Source: a plasmid
Reading direction: 5' to 3' (one strand)
Length of the DNA: 64,000 bases
Sequence record: CP088595.1
The notes below the pieces were generated by a model. It saw nothing but the letters and a program-made list of their open reading frames with translations, was not told the DNA's origin and searched no databases. Numbering within the stretch: the stretch's first letter is position 1; the number at the start of each line of letters is the position of its first letter. Of this stretch, positions 8,641-18,559 are shown one piece after another. The translations under genes and the position numbers were made by a program.

Positions 8641-11600
8641 ATGCCGTCTGTATCCCGATACCGCACCTGGCTTGCCGTGCCTGCAGATGAAATCGAAGAT
8701 CTCAAAAAAGCACATCCCCCGATGAACGGGCACACGCCCGTTCTCTGGGACAAGGAGCACAAACTCTGGTTTGCCCGCCCGGGGGCGGACCTGTCCATGC
8801 TGGACCGCTGGCTGCCCCGGCCGCAGGAAGTCTCCATGAACGGCAGTGACCCGGTCACCGAGTTTGCCCAGGTACTGGAAAATGCCGGGCTGGTTCTGAA
8901 AGAACTGCCGGTCATGGACGGGAAAATCCACCGTGTCCCGACCGCCGGTGACAAAAAAGGACAAAAAAGTGGCGCATATCGCGGCTTCCTGGACGGCAGA
9001 CCTGCCGGCTGGTACAGGGATTACCGCAGCGCAGACGATTCGCCGGTCACCTGGACTTTCTCCGGCGGAGAGCAGACAGATCCCCGCGCAAGACTTCACC
9101 TGAAAGCGCATTCGATGCAACGCAGGGAAGACGCGGAGCGGGAACTGAAAGCACAGTACAACCGACAGGCTGCCTATGCCCGCCGCTATGTCAGCAAATG
9201 GCCGCAGGCCACGGCACATGAATACCTGACCCGGAAAGGCATTCAGGCTGCGCCGGGGGTGCGAATAAACGACAAAAATGAGCTTGTTATTCCTTTCAGC
9301 AACCGTAACGGCGCAATACGCTCCTACCAGCGCATTCCGGTCACCGGCGGGAAGGATGCCCGCATCCTGAAAGATTCCGAGAAAACCGGTAACTGGTTTG
9401 CGCTGGGCACGCCGCGCAACGGCCAGCCGGTACTGTTTGCCGAGGGCTACGCCACTGCCGCCTCCCTGCACGAAGCCACAGGCCTTCCGGTACTGATGAC
9501 AGTGGATGCGGGCAACATGATTATTGTGGCCGAAGAGGCCCGGCAAAAATGGAAGCAAAGCCCCTTTATCTTCTGTGCCGACAACGATCATGCACGCCAG
9601 GTTAACAAAGGTATCGTCAGTGCAACAAAAGCCGCAGAACTGACAGGAGGATCGGTCATCTTTCCTGCGTTCACCGATGCCGAAAAAGCGCAGGGGCTGA
9701 CCGATTTCAATGACCTGGATGCCAGCCGGGGACGGGCCGCTTTTCTGCATGTCATCAACGCCCAGTTAGAACATATCGGGGTTTCCACCCCCAACAGTAA
9801 CACCCCGGAAATCCGGGAGGCACTGGTGATCGGCAACCTCGTTTTTACACCGGTCCACACTGAGGAAAAAACCATGACTCCGACAGAATATCCTGAAACA
9901 TCACCCGATACAGGGCACAGCCATGACCAGGGACCTTCTCTGCCGTCCGCCACGCAGCAGGAACAACCTGCTGCTTCCAGCGGTAACATTGCTGATGAAA
10001 CACAGTCATTTACCAGTCACGCCACTGAAAATAACGGCAAAGATGAGCGGCACGCTGATAACGTTCAGGCGCAAACGGAAAGCTCTGTAGTTCAGGACTC
10101 CCCTGCAGAATCACCGGCGTCCCCGGAAAGTACAACGGCGTCTGCCCCTGATGAACCCGCTCATCCGGCGGAACCTCCGGAAAAAGTTGTCTCGGTGGCC
10201 ACAGATAAAGACTGGCGTGAATTTGAAGCCGAACTGTCACAACCGGAAAAAAACGAGTCACAACAGGAATCCGGCACTTCACCTGAAATACCGGCCCCTG
10301 CTGCCGCCCCCGCATCCCCTGAAGACAGTCCCTCATCTGAAACCATGAATGAATCAGCCGAGCCATCACCTTCCCCTGATGCAGTCAAAGAGGAAATGAC
10401 CGTGATGACGGAGCCTGATGACAAACAAAGCATCGGAATATCCCCGGATACTCCCCGGGAAGAGGCGGTCAACCATGTAACTGAAGACATTCCCCTTCAG
10501 CCAGAGCCGTTCCTTCCTGAGTCAGATGGCCCCGAAGAATACGAAGACTACAGCGCATATCAGGAGCTGATGAACAATGAAAATCCTGAGCATCTGCAGG
10601 AAAACAGTGATATGCCGTCGCAACCGGACACAGGCCACGTTCAGGCAGATGAGTCAGAACTTCAGGCCACAACAGCCACTATAGAACCGGCTGTCCGGGA
10701 TGAACCCACTCCGCAGCAACCTGTTCAGAGCACATCACCTTCTGATAATACTTCATCGTTTCTCGACAAAGCGCGTGGCTTTTTTACACGTAAAAAAACG
10801 GATTCACAGGCGCATGAGAACAGTGATCCCACGCCCTCAGCAGAAACCACGACGACTCCACCGATACCTGACAGTATTGTCTACGCCCCGGAACGTTCTG
10901 ATGCACCGATATCGCTCAACATGGACGAAATTCTTAAAGAGCTTGACTGGGAAAAACGAGCAGACAGAACCGTCCTGTACAAACTGGATGGCAAACCTGC
11001 CTTCATTGACCGGGTAAACCGGCTGGAAATGGTCAACGGTGCCAGCAATGACGATCGCAGCGTTCTGGCCGCACTTGCTGTGGCCACCAAATTTTATGGG
11101 GGCGTCATAGAGCTGACGGGCAGTGATGCCTTTAAGCAAAAAGCAATGCAGTTGATTATCGAGCACAACATCGATGTCCGGATGAAATTGCCAGATCAAC
11201 GGGCTGAACTAGAAAAATTACGCAAGGAAATGGCTGTCAGTAAGGATGCTGTTGTCACCCATCAGCCAACACCGGAACTTAACCGGAATATCCCTGAACA
11301 ACCGGCTGTCCCTGACCCCGTTCAGGAAAAAGAAGCCACACAATCCCCGGCGTCCCCTGCTGCCCCTGAAGCATCAACCGTCAGCACCGCTCCTGCATCA
11401 TCACCGGCTGAACCAGGCAAAACGGCAGATGCAGCACCAGGTGAAGAACCACCAGGAAAACTTCGCCCGGGAGAGAGCGTGACTGCCGTACTGCACAATT
11501 TTGGTCGTGCTGAATATGCACCCGGCAAAGGAGAAAGTTTCTTTGTTGAGCTTAAAAACCGCAGTGGCAGCAAACTCTACTGGGGGGAACAACTGGAAAG

Positions 11601-12408
11601 TCTGGTCAAAAACCATCAGAAAGGTGACGTGGTGACACTGACACTTCAGAACCGCGAACAATTCATCCTCCCGGGAGAGCAAAAAGCACGTTTCCGGAAT
11701 AAGTGGTCCATGGAGTCAGTTACCAACGGGATCTCGGTATCACATGATAATCCGGATAAAGGTCAGCGTATTCAGGCGATTCCGGTCGAAACCTTTATGA
11801 AAGTGGCTGCGCAAATCAGCCAGGGGTGGCCCGAAGAGATGAAAGCGTTACGTATGCCAGAAAACGTCGGCTCACATCTGTTTATCGGTGAAGACCGACA
11901 TCCGGTCTCCGCGCCACAGAACGCAAATCAGGTAACAGAAATAACCAGCGCAGCCCCTGACAAGCTGACACCTGTTCTGGGATCAGTGGATAAGGATACG
12001 CGTGAACTCAACCTGCTACTTGTCCAGAGTGCCGATGAACATCTGCAGGGTGTGGTCCGGCTGAACGGCACATTGTATCCGGCACTGGCCACCCCATCAG
12101 CCGACAACAGTCAGCTGGTTATCAATGCGCTGACCGACAAAGGTTTACGCTTTGCAGGTTATGGTGAAGCGGTAAACCACGATGCTGACAGCACGAATCG
12201 CCCCGCACCGGAGCTTATGCAGTTTCATCTGAAAACCCGGGAAGAACCGCTTTTTGCTGCTGTCTACACGCCGGAAAAACAACCTGATGCGTTGTACCGG
12301 AACCTGGGCTTCGAGCAGTCATGGCAGCAGTGGTCCAACAGCCAAAAGCCGGAGGACAGGCAGGAAAAAACTCTGCATCAGGATCTCTCCCACAGCCCCG
12401 GCCGATGA
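8641..12408 (+). CDS. sogL: Sog DNA primase SogL (1255 aa). SogS is made from an in-frame internal start.
   Basis: Toprim primase motifs (LFAEGYATAAS, CADNDH). A long acidic Pro/Ser/Glu-rich linker. Length equals R64 SogL. The start at 8641 is preceded by AGGAGAAG. Confidence 0.85.
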   Translation: MPSVSRYRTWLAVPADEIEDLKKAHPPMNGHTPVLWDKEHKLWFARPGADLSMLDRWLPRPQEVSMNGSDPVTEFAQVLENAGLVLKELPVMDGKIHRVPTAGDKKGQKSGAYRGFLDGRPAGWYRDYRSADDSPVTWTFSGGEQTDPRARLHLKAHSMQRREDAERELKAQYNRQAAYARRYVSKWPQATAHEYLTRKGIQAAPGVRINDKNELVIPFSNRNGAIRSYQRIPVTGGKDARILKDSEKTGNWFALGTPRNGQPVLFAEGYATAASLHEATGLPVLMTVDAGNMIIVAEEARQKWKQSPFIFCADNDHARQVNKGIVSATKAAELTGGSVIFPAFTDAEKAQGLTDFNDLDASRGRAAFLHVINAQLEHIGVSTPNSNTPEIREALVIGNLVFTPVHTEEKTMTPTEYPETSPDTGHSHDQGPSLPSATQQEQPAASSGNIADETQSFTSHATENNGKDERHADNVQAQTESSVVQDSPAESPASPESTTASAPDEPAHPAEPPEKVVSVATDKDWREFEAELSQPEKNESQQESGTSPEIPAPAAAPASPEDSPSSETMNESAEPSPSPDAVKEEMTVMTEPDDKQSIGISPDTPREEAVNHVTEDIPLQPEPFLPESDGPEEYEDYSAYQELMNNENPEHLQENSDMPSQPDTGHVQADESELQATTATIEPAVRDEPTPQQPVQSTSPSDNTSSFLDKARGFFTRKKTDSQAHENSDPTPSAETTTTPPIPDSIVYAPERSDAPISLNMDEILKELDWEKRADRTVLYKLDGKPAFIDRVNRLEMVNGASNDDRSVLAALAVATKFYGGVIELTGSDAFKQKAMQLIIEHNIDVRMKLPDQRAELEKLRKEMAVSKDAVVTHQPTPELNRNIPEQPAVPDPVQEKEATQSPASPAAPEASTVSTAPASSPAEPGKTADAAPGEEPPGKLRPGESVTAVLHNFGRAEYAPGKGESFFVELKNRSGSKLYWGEQLESLVKNHQKGDVVTLTLQNREQFILPGEQKARFRNKWSMESVTNGISVSHDNPDKGQRIQAIPVETFMKVAAQISQGWPEEMKALRMPENVGSHLFIGEDRHPVSAPQNANQVTEITSAAPDKLTPVLGSVDKDTRELNLLLVQSADEHLQGVVRLNGTLYPALATPSADNSQLVINALTDKGLRFAGYGEAVNHDADSTNRPAPELMQFHLKTREEPLFAAVYTPEKQPDALYRNLGFEQSWQQWSNSQKPEDRQEKTLHQDLSHSPGR

Positions 12409-12425
12409 GCCGGTAAGGAAGCCAT

Positions 12426-12773
12426 ATGAACATGCATAAGTCTCTGGTTGCCGTGCTCGGCCTTATCCTGATTTCATCCACGGCAAGTGCTGCAACCTGT
12501 CGTGCGGGTAGCGCGGCACAGGCCGGTAGTAATACAGGATATGAGCGAGCACGTGCAGCTGCGGATGCATGGTCACAACGTGAAAACGATGTTTCCTCAT
12601 CCCTGCAGTCCTGTCTGTCACGAATCAAAAAAATCAGCATAAACCTCCCCCAGTTCCCCAGCCTTGACGACATTCTGTCGCAGCTGGAAAACCAGGTCTG
12701 CGACGCGGTCGTGGACAAGGTGAATGAAAAGCTGCCGGGGAATATTGATCCCTGGAAGGACTACAACCTATGA
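12426..12773 (+). CDS. traL: TraL (115 aa), secreted
   Basis: Signal peptide. Position. Confidence 0.55.
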   Translation: MNMHKSLVAVLGLILISSTASAATCRAGSAAQAGSNTGYERARAAADAWSQRENDVSSSLQSCLSRIKKISINLPQFPSLDDILSQLENQVCDAVVDKVNEKLPGNIDPWKDYNL

Positions 12774-13462
12774 CCGAAAATACCGAGCCATCCTCGCCAT
12801 CACATCCGGCACCTGACCCGGAAATACTGAAGAGCACAATCAGGGCTATGAAGCAGTCAGAACAGCGGGCAAATAATGTCCCTGCGCTGATAAAAGCGCT
12901 TTTATGTACGGGCACATGTCTTCTTATCAGTATTACTGGTAACGCCATTCAGTACTGGCACTCAACGAATGTGGAGCGCGAATATTTCGCTACAGACAAT
13001 GGTCGTCTGGTCAGGCTGGCACCAACAAGTCAGCCAGCATGGAGTCAGAATGATGCAATGGCCTTTGGCAGCCAGGCACTGGCGACCGCATTCAACCTGG
13101 ATTTTGTGCACTATCGTTCACAGATCTCCTCCCTGTCTCCGCGTTTTTCTGACGAAGGTTTTGTCGGATATGTGAATGCATTACAGGCATCTAACATTCT
13201 GGAGACGATCAAGAAAGAGAAGATGAATCTGACCGCCACGACAGGTGCTGGCGTTCTGGTACGACAGGGACAAATGTCCGACGGCGTATGGTTCTGGACA
13301 TTCCAGTATCCTGTCCGTATGCGTCTGGTCGGCCAGACAACCAGCAAGCCAGAACAGTCTTTTGTTTTCGAAATCACCATCCAGCGTGTTGACCCCAGAC
13401 TGAAACCATCCGGTATGGAAATCCGGCAGATGATCTCCCGTAACGCCGGACCGAACTCCTGA
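12770..13462 (+). CDS. traM: TraM (230 aa)
   Basis: Coupled overlap with traL. One TM segment. Position. Confidence 0.55.
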   Translation: MTENTEPSSPSHPAPDPEILKSTIRAMKQSEQRANNVPALIKALLCTGTCLLISITGNAIQYWHSTNVEREYFATDNGRLVRLAPTSQPAWSQNDAMAFGSQALATAFNLDFVHYRSQISSLSPRFSDEGFVGYVNALQASNILETIKKEKMNLTATTGAGVLVRQGQMSDGVWFWTFQYPVRMRLVGQTTSKPEQSFVFEITIQRVDPRLKPSGMEIRQMISRNAGPNS

Positions 13463-13472
13463 GATAAGTAAT

Positions 13473-14456
13473 ATGCAATCACGTTATTTACTGAGCACAC
13501 TGCTCCTGGTGTGCAGCGCCGCCACGTCTGCCGATAACGCAGGATGGCAGAACGCACGCACACCACAAACGACAAATTCTGCCAGCGATCACGTTCAGAA
13601 TGCCTCCCAAAACACCGGAGGTGTTCCGGCAACACTGGTAAAAGGTGAGCTGCCTGCCCCCGGGCAGGCCAGCCCGCTGGTACAGGATGCGGCAAGACTT
13701 GATTCTGAGCTCTCCGCCGATGAAATTCGCTCACTACGCAGTCTCATGGCGGATAACGAGCGGGCCATCAATGCGCCCATCACCAGTGTTGTACCCCGTA
13801 TCAGCTCTCTGACAGTTAATCTGTCCCCCGGTGCCAGCCTTCCTCTTGTTCGCACAGCCATGAACAACCTGAGCGTGGTGACATTTACCGATATCAACGG
13901 TTCACCATGGCCACAATCCGATCCTCCTTATAACGCGGCACCAAAACTCTTTGATGTGCAGTACAACGGGAACATGGTGACAATCACACCATTGCGGCCA
14001 TGGGCATCCGGAAACATTTCTGTCTACCTGAAAGGTCTGTCGGTACCGGTCATCCTGAACGTAACCAGTGGCGAAACAGATACGCCGTCATCCAGTCAGG
14101 AAATGGACAGTCGTCTGGATCTGCGAATACCACGGCAGGGACCAACCAGCCCGGTTGTCTCCATCCCGACGGATAAAATCGCCCTGCATGATGCAACATT
14201 ACAGGCATTTCTTGATGGTATTCCTCCCCGGGACCCTTCAGTTAAGAGGCTGAAATTCACAGGTAATGTCCCGGATACAACGATCTGGCAACACGGCGAT
14301 GACCTTCTGGTTCGTTCCCGGGCGATGTTGCGCGATGAATTTGAACAGACCTTGTCCTCCGCCGACGGAACTCATCTCTGGAAGCTTCCCGTCACCCCAC
14401 TACTGACTTTCTCTGTGAATGGCCAGTCCGTTCACGTGACACCAGAACTGGAGTAA
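13473..14456 (+). CDS. traN: TraN (327 aa), secreted, DotH-like
   Basis: Signal peptide. Position. Confidence 0.6.
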   Translation: MQSRYLLSTLLLVCSAATSADNAGWQNARTPQTTNSASDHVQNASQNTGGVPATLVKGELPAPGQASPLVQDAARLDSELSADEIRSLRSLMADNERAINAPITSVVPRISSLTVNLSPGASLPLVRTAMNNLSVVTFTDINGSPWPQSDPPYNAAPKLFDVQYNGNMVTITPLRPWASGNISVYLKGLSVPVILNVTSGETDTPSSSQEMDSRLDLRIPRQGPTSPVVSIPTDKIALHDATLQAFLDGIPPRDPSVKRLKFTGNVPDTTIWQHGDDLLVRSRAMLRDEFEQTLSSADGTHLWKLPVTPLLTFSVNGQSVHVTPELE

Positions 14457-14458
14457 TC

Positions 14459-15748
14459 ATGAGTGCTGAACAGGATGCCGGTAAATCCGGAAAGAAACTG
14501 GCTGCCCTGCTTGGACTGGGCAGCATCATCTTATTTGGCGGCGGCTATATCGCGTTTTCCAAACTATCAGGGAGTAACAGCGATATGCAGTCAGCCGTGA
14601 ACATTAACAGTGCAGCAAGCGGCGGAACGCGCAGCGTTACCGAAACGCCTCATTATCGTGAACTGTTAAGAGCGGATAATGAACGAGGGGCCGCAGCTGC
14701 AGCCCGCAATAATCAGACGTTCATTGCCAGTCTTCCACAGGGGCTTGATATTCCGGACACTCCGGAAAAGCAACAACAGCCTGCAACAAAACCGGAAAAC
14801 TATGCTCATCGCCAGGCTTCCGGCACACCACAGGAGGATCGAGCAGCCAGTGAAAAGCGTATGGAGCGGCTGCAAAAGCTGATTGTAAGAATAAAAGATC
14901 AGCATCCTGCCGGTAGTACACCAACCATAGCAACGACTATGTGGAATAAATCTCCGGCAGAAACAACAGGGCAGAATGGTACGCAGCAATTCGCATTACA
15001 GAATGCCAGCCTGTCCACGCCGGTAGCAGAAAAAGGGATACAACTGATACCTGCTCTGACCCGTATACCGGCATATATTGATACTGCAGTGGATTCTGAT
15101 AACCCGTCATCCAAGGTTATCGCAACCATTCCGGCTGGCCCCTGGGCAGGGGCAACGCTGTTCAGTCCGGGAGTCAAACTGGTGGGTAACGGCGTGGAGA
15201 TCCATTTCGACCGGATGAGCTGGAACGGCATGGACCTTAAGGTCAATGCATATGCACAACGGGAAGACAACCTGATGTCATCCGTGGCCAGCAATGTGAA
15301 TACACGCTGGTTTAAACATATCATTCTGCCGTCAGTGTTAGGAGGTGTGGGCAGTATTGGCACACTTTATAAAGATGCCAACACGCAGGTTATTCAGGGT
15401 AACTATGGCACGGTTACCGGACGCGTGGGAATGCCCAGTGGTGAAGCTGTTGCGGGCGTTATTGCCGGTGGTATGGCGGAAAGAGGAAGTCAGATATTAA
15501 CCCGCCAGGCAGAAAGTGAGCCCTATAAACAGGTAGAAGTGTATCAGCATGAAGTCGTATCAATTCTGTTTGTTGACCCGGTAATGACAAACGACGCCAG
15601 GTCCTCTTCCCTTTCCAGTGGCATTTCCCCTTCAGTTAATCGTACATCACAGGCGGAACAACGCTCGCAGGCACGAATGCAGACAGCCATGGAGCAAAGA
15701 AAAGCTGTGATGCAACGTCGGTATGATGAACAACCGGAGACACCATAA
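14459..15748 (+). CDS. traO: TraO (429 aa), DotG-like
   Basis: N-terminal TM segment, Gln/Ala-rich. Position. Confidence 0.6.
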   Translation: MSAEQDAGKSGKKLAALLGLGSIILFGGGYIAFSKLSGSNSDMQSAVNINSAASGGTRSVTETPHYRELLRADNERGAAAAARNNQTFIASLPQGLDIPDTPEKQQQPATKPENYAHRQASGTPQEDRAASEKRMERLQKLIVRIKDQHPAGSTPTIATTMWNKSPAETTGQNGTQQFALQNASLSTPVAEKGIQLIPALTRIPAYIDTAVDSDNPSSKVIATIPAGPWAGATLFSPGVKLVGNGVEIHFDRMSWNGMDLKVNAYAQREDNLMSSVASNVNTRWFKHIILPSVLGGVGSIGTLYKDANTQVIQGNYGTVTGRVGMPSGEAVAGVIAGGMAERGSQILTRQAESEPYKQVEVYQHEVVSILFVDPVMTNDARSSSLSSGISPSVNRTSQAEQRSQARMQTAMEQRKAVMQRRYDEQPETP

Positions 15749-16452
15749 TGAAACCTGAAACAGAAATAGATGAAACCGGCAGCTTCGGTGAACCCGAAGA
15801 GAAACCCGCCCCCTTCTGGAAACGTTCCGTCTGGGGGATATCTGTAGCAACATGGGGGCTATGTGCAGTCGTGTTGCTCGCTGCCATATGGTATCTGTTC
15901 CTGAGAGCGCCATCGGAAACAGGCATGCCTTCGTTTAATGATGCGGATGCTGGCGTACAGACCTGGCAAACCACCCAAGAATCATCACCTTCCGTTCAGT
16001 CCACTGAGACTATGACTGTCCGGACAGGAGAAGATATGAGCCAGCTTGCCCGGGATGTAAAAACAGAGCTGGATAACCGGGATGAAAAAATTCAGGCAAC
16101 ACTGAATATGCTTCACGACAGCATTAACAAGCTGGGCGAAGCTATAAAAAAGGATGAAGAATACGCACAGGAAACGCGCCGTCAGCTGGATGATATCCGG
16201 AGCCGCCTGAACGGAATAATGACACAGAAAAGCGTCACTGAATCCTCTTCCACACCGCATCCAGCAAAGAAAAAAACGTCGTCTGTACTTAACGGAATGA
16301 AAATCATGTCGATGGAAACTGGCATGGCCTGGATTCGCTGGCAGGGTAGTACCTGGGCTGTCAGAGAAGGTCAGACGCTGGGCAATGTGGTGATCCAGCG
16401 GATTGATCCGACGACCCGGACCATCATCACCAGTGCAGGGACGTTACGCTGA
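15748..16452 (+). CDS. traP: TraP (234 aa)
   Basis: TM segment near the N-terminus. Coupled starts. Position. Confidence 0.55.
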   Translation: MKPETEIDETGSFGEPEEKPAPFWKRSVWGISVATWGLCAVVLLAAIWYLFLRAPSETGMPSFNDADAGVQTWQTTQESSPSVQSTETMTVRTGEDMSQLARDVKTELDNRDEKIQATLNMLHDSINKLGEAIKKDEEYAQETRRQLDDIRSRLNGIMTQKSVTESSSTPHPAKKKTSSVLNGMKIMSMETGMAWIRWQGSTWAVREGQTLGNVVIQRIDPTTRTIITSAGTLR

Positions 16453-16979
16453 TGAACATGGATGCCCTGACCGCCATTGAGAACTTTGCCAGCAGTATTT
16501 TCAGTGCCGGAATGGATTTCCTGTTTACCTGGGGAGAATTCATCGGGGTGATCAGCATGATTACCCTGTTTGCCCGCGCCCGTTCAGCCGGTCCGGTAAA
16601 AATGTCTCCCGGAAAATTTATTGCGGGGATGTTAACCAGCTGCATGCTCGTATCACTCCCGGCAATGATTAACGCCGGAGGCGTACAAATGGGATTCAGG
16701 GCTGACTCATTTGGTCCGATTGCATATGTACAACCTCAGACGTTTGGCGCTGCTGCTGGCGCAGCAAATGCAGTTCTGTCGCTGGCCAAGCTGGCCGGTG
16801 TGGGATTTGTCATGAACGGGATATCCATCTGGCGCAAGGCCGGACTCGATGGACATACCGCACTGAGTGCCAGTGAATCCGTCAGTAAAGGAAACGTCAA
16901 ATTTATTGCCGGCGTCCTGCTGGTCTTTATCGATCGTGTCCTCAATGCCCTGCTGGCAAGCATTGGAATCGTCTTCTGA
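16452..16979 (+). CDS. traQ: TraQ (175 aa), polytopic membrane protein
   Basis: Multiple hydrophobic segments. Position. Confidence 0.55.
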   Translation: MNMDALTAIENFASSIFSAGMDFLFTWGEFIGVISMITLFARARSAGPVKMSPGKFIAGMLTSCMLVSLPAMINAGGVQMGFRADSFGPIAYVQPQTFGAAAGAANAVLSLAKLAGVGFVMNGISIWRKAGLDGHTALSASESVSKGNVKFIAGVLLVFIDRVLNALLASIGIVF

Positions 16980-17029
16980 TTTTTTTCACCTTCATATAAA
17001 CCACTGATATATCCATTTAAGGAGAAACT

Positions 17030-17434
17030 ATGTCACGTATTCGTGTCGTGGCGGCTCGTCTGTACGCCGCATTTATCCATGCACAACTGTTTGTAATGTC
17101 ATGCCGGAGCAAACTGACTAAGTACCTGCTGCTCATTCCCATGATGTTGCTGCCCAAAGCCGTTCTTGCCGATGGAGATCTTGCCGATATGGTTCGCAAT
17201 GTTGGTGAAGGTGCTAAAACAGCACAGTCATCATCAATCACTATTGCGCAGTTCATCGGCGTAATTCTGTTTCTCGGGGGCCTGATTGGCCTGAAAAAAG
17301 TTGGGAAACAAGGGGGGATGGGACTGGCTGGTTGCATTGTATCTATCGTCATTGGGGCGGTACTTGTCGCCGGACCTGAAATGATGAGTCGCAGCCAGAA
17401 ACAGTTGGGGATTTCCTCAATTTCCATTGGCTAA
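17030..17434 (+). CDS. traR: TraR (134 aa) membrane protein
   Basis: Signal-like N-terminus plus two hydrophobic helices. Position. Confidence 0.5.
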   Translation: MSRIRVVAARLYAAFIHAQLFVMSCRSKLTKYLLLIPMMLLPKAVLADGDLADMVRNVGEGAKTAQSSSITIAQFIGVILFLGGLIGLKKVGKQGGMGLAGCIVSIVIGAVLVAGPEMMSRSQKQLGISSISIG

Positions 17435-17497
17435 TCTTGTCCAGGGCACTGGCATTTATCCGGTGCCCTTCCTGTTCGGCAATACAAGGAGGCACAT

Positions 17498-17686
17498 ATG
17501 TCTGCCTGGAGCCCGGAGCACATAACGTTACGACGAACAGAAAACGGCAATGTGATTGCCCACGACAGTCGGGACGATCAGGAATTCATTTTTGCAGAAT
17601 GCTGTTCCGATGAAATCGCAAACATCATTCTGGAAGCCGTGAAACGTTACACCAGTACGGAGCCTGCTCATGCAACACAGCATTAA
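17498..17686 (+). CDS. traS: TraS (62 aa)
   Basis: Small ORF with an RBS, in position. Confidence 0.45.
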   Translation: MSAWSPEHITLRRTENGNVIAHDSRDDQEFIFAECCSDEIANIILEAVKRYTSTEPAHATQH

Positions 17687-18470
17687 AGACTTGTGGTTGT
17701 ATCCCTTTCCAGAAATTGATGTGGTTCATACACAGGAGCCACTGTTACCGGAACCGGAATTAACAACGCCCGGTCGATGTATCTGCTGCCGGCAAAACGT
17801 CAGGCACCGTTTCAGACTGGATGACTCATGGCCACTCAGACAGCTTACCGACACAATCAGTGACACACGAGTTCGTCTTAATAAGGCCACAGAACATCTG
17901 GATAAGTTAAAAAAGCGTGGTGAACCAGTCGCAACCGGCGAAAAGGAAAAGTACAACACGGCAGTAAAAGCCGCTGAACGGGCGCTTGAGCAGGCCCGTC
18001 TGTCTGCCAGACGTCTTTCACTCCGCCATGTACAGAAAGCTGAAATCACCAGTACAGAGTCGTTGTCAGAGAAAGAGCAGGAACTGTTTCATGAAGACGG
18101 CCCGCCTTACAGCTTATGTGCTTTCTGCCACGCCTGGCATTCACTGAATGGTTATGCCGCAGCACAGGGCGTTATGGTGTGGCTACCCGACCTTCATCCA
18201 TCCACGGTCGTGGCCCTTAACCGTCGTTCATTACAGGAAGTTTTCAGTAATGATAAGTTCCGGGTCCGGCGGGGACGGGAAGCGCTCTCTGCACTGATGC
18301 AAAACAGACTGGCGGTTGAGGATAAATTCCGCAGTTTCCGCCCGGCCGATTTCGCTGACGTTTTTCGTCGCTATCCACCTTCCGGTCGTTCGCCCCTGCG
18401 TGAAAAAATGAACGGGATTGCCCTGATTCTGACACCAGATTCATTCATCAAAAAAGAATACGTTGATTGA
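17670..18470 (+). CDS. traT: TraT (266 aa)
   Basis: Overlaps the traS end. Position. Confidence 0.55.
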   Translation: MQHSIKDLWLYPFPEIDVVHTQEPLLPEPELTTPGRCICCRQNVRHRFRLDDSWPLRQLTDTISDTRVRLNKATEHLDKLKKRGEPVATGEKEKYNTAVKAAERALEQARLSARRLSLRHVQKAEITSTESLSEKEQELFHEDGPPYSLCAFCHAWHSLNGYAAAQGVMVWLPDLHPSTVVALNRRSLQEVFSNDKFRVRRGREALSALMQNRLAVEDKFRSFRPADFADVFRRYPPSGRSPLREKMNGIALILTPDSFIKKEYVD

Positions 18471-18559
18471 TTTTTCTTCATGCCACTCCTGAACAGGGTG
18501 GCATTAAAAAAATCAAACTGCACAAACCTCTCTCCTGTAAGTCCGGAGTTCCCTCACCT

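Noticed and set aside
8626-9750. 374-aa minus-strand ORF antisense to sogL
   Set aside because: GC-rich antisense read-through of a well-supported gene. No RBS. Arg/Gly/Pro-rich nonsense composition.
10010-11682. Cluster of 70-120-aa ORFs on both strands inside the sog linker
   Set aside because: Low-complexity GC-rich repeat DNA generates open frames in all phases. All are nested in sogL.
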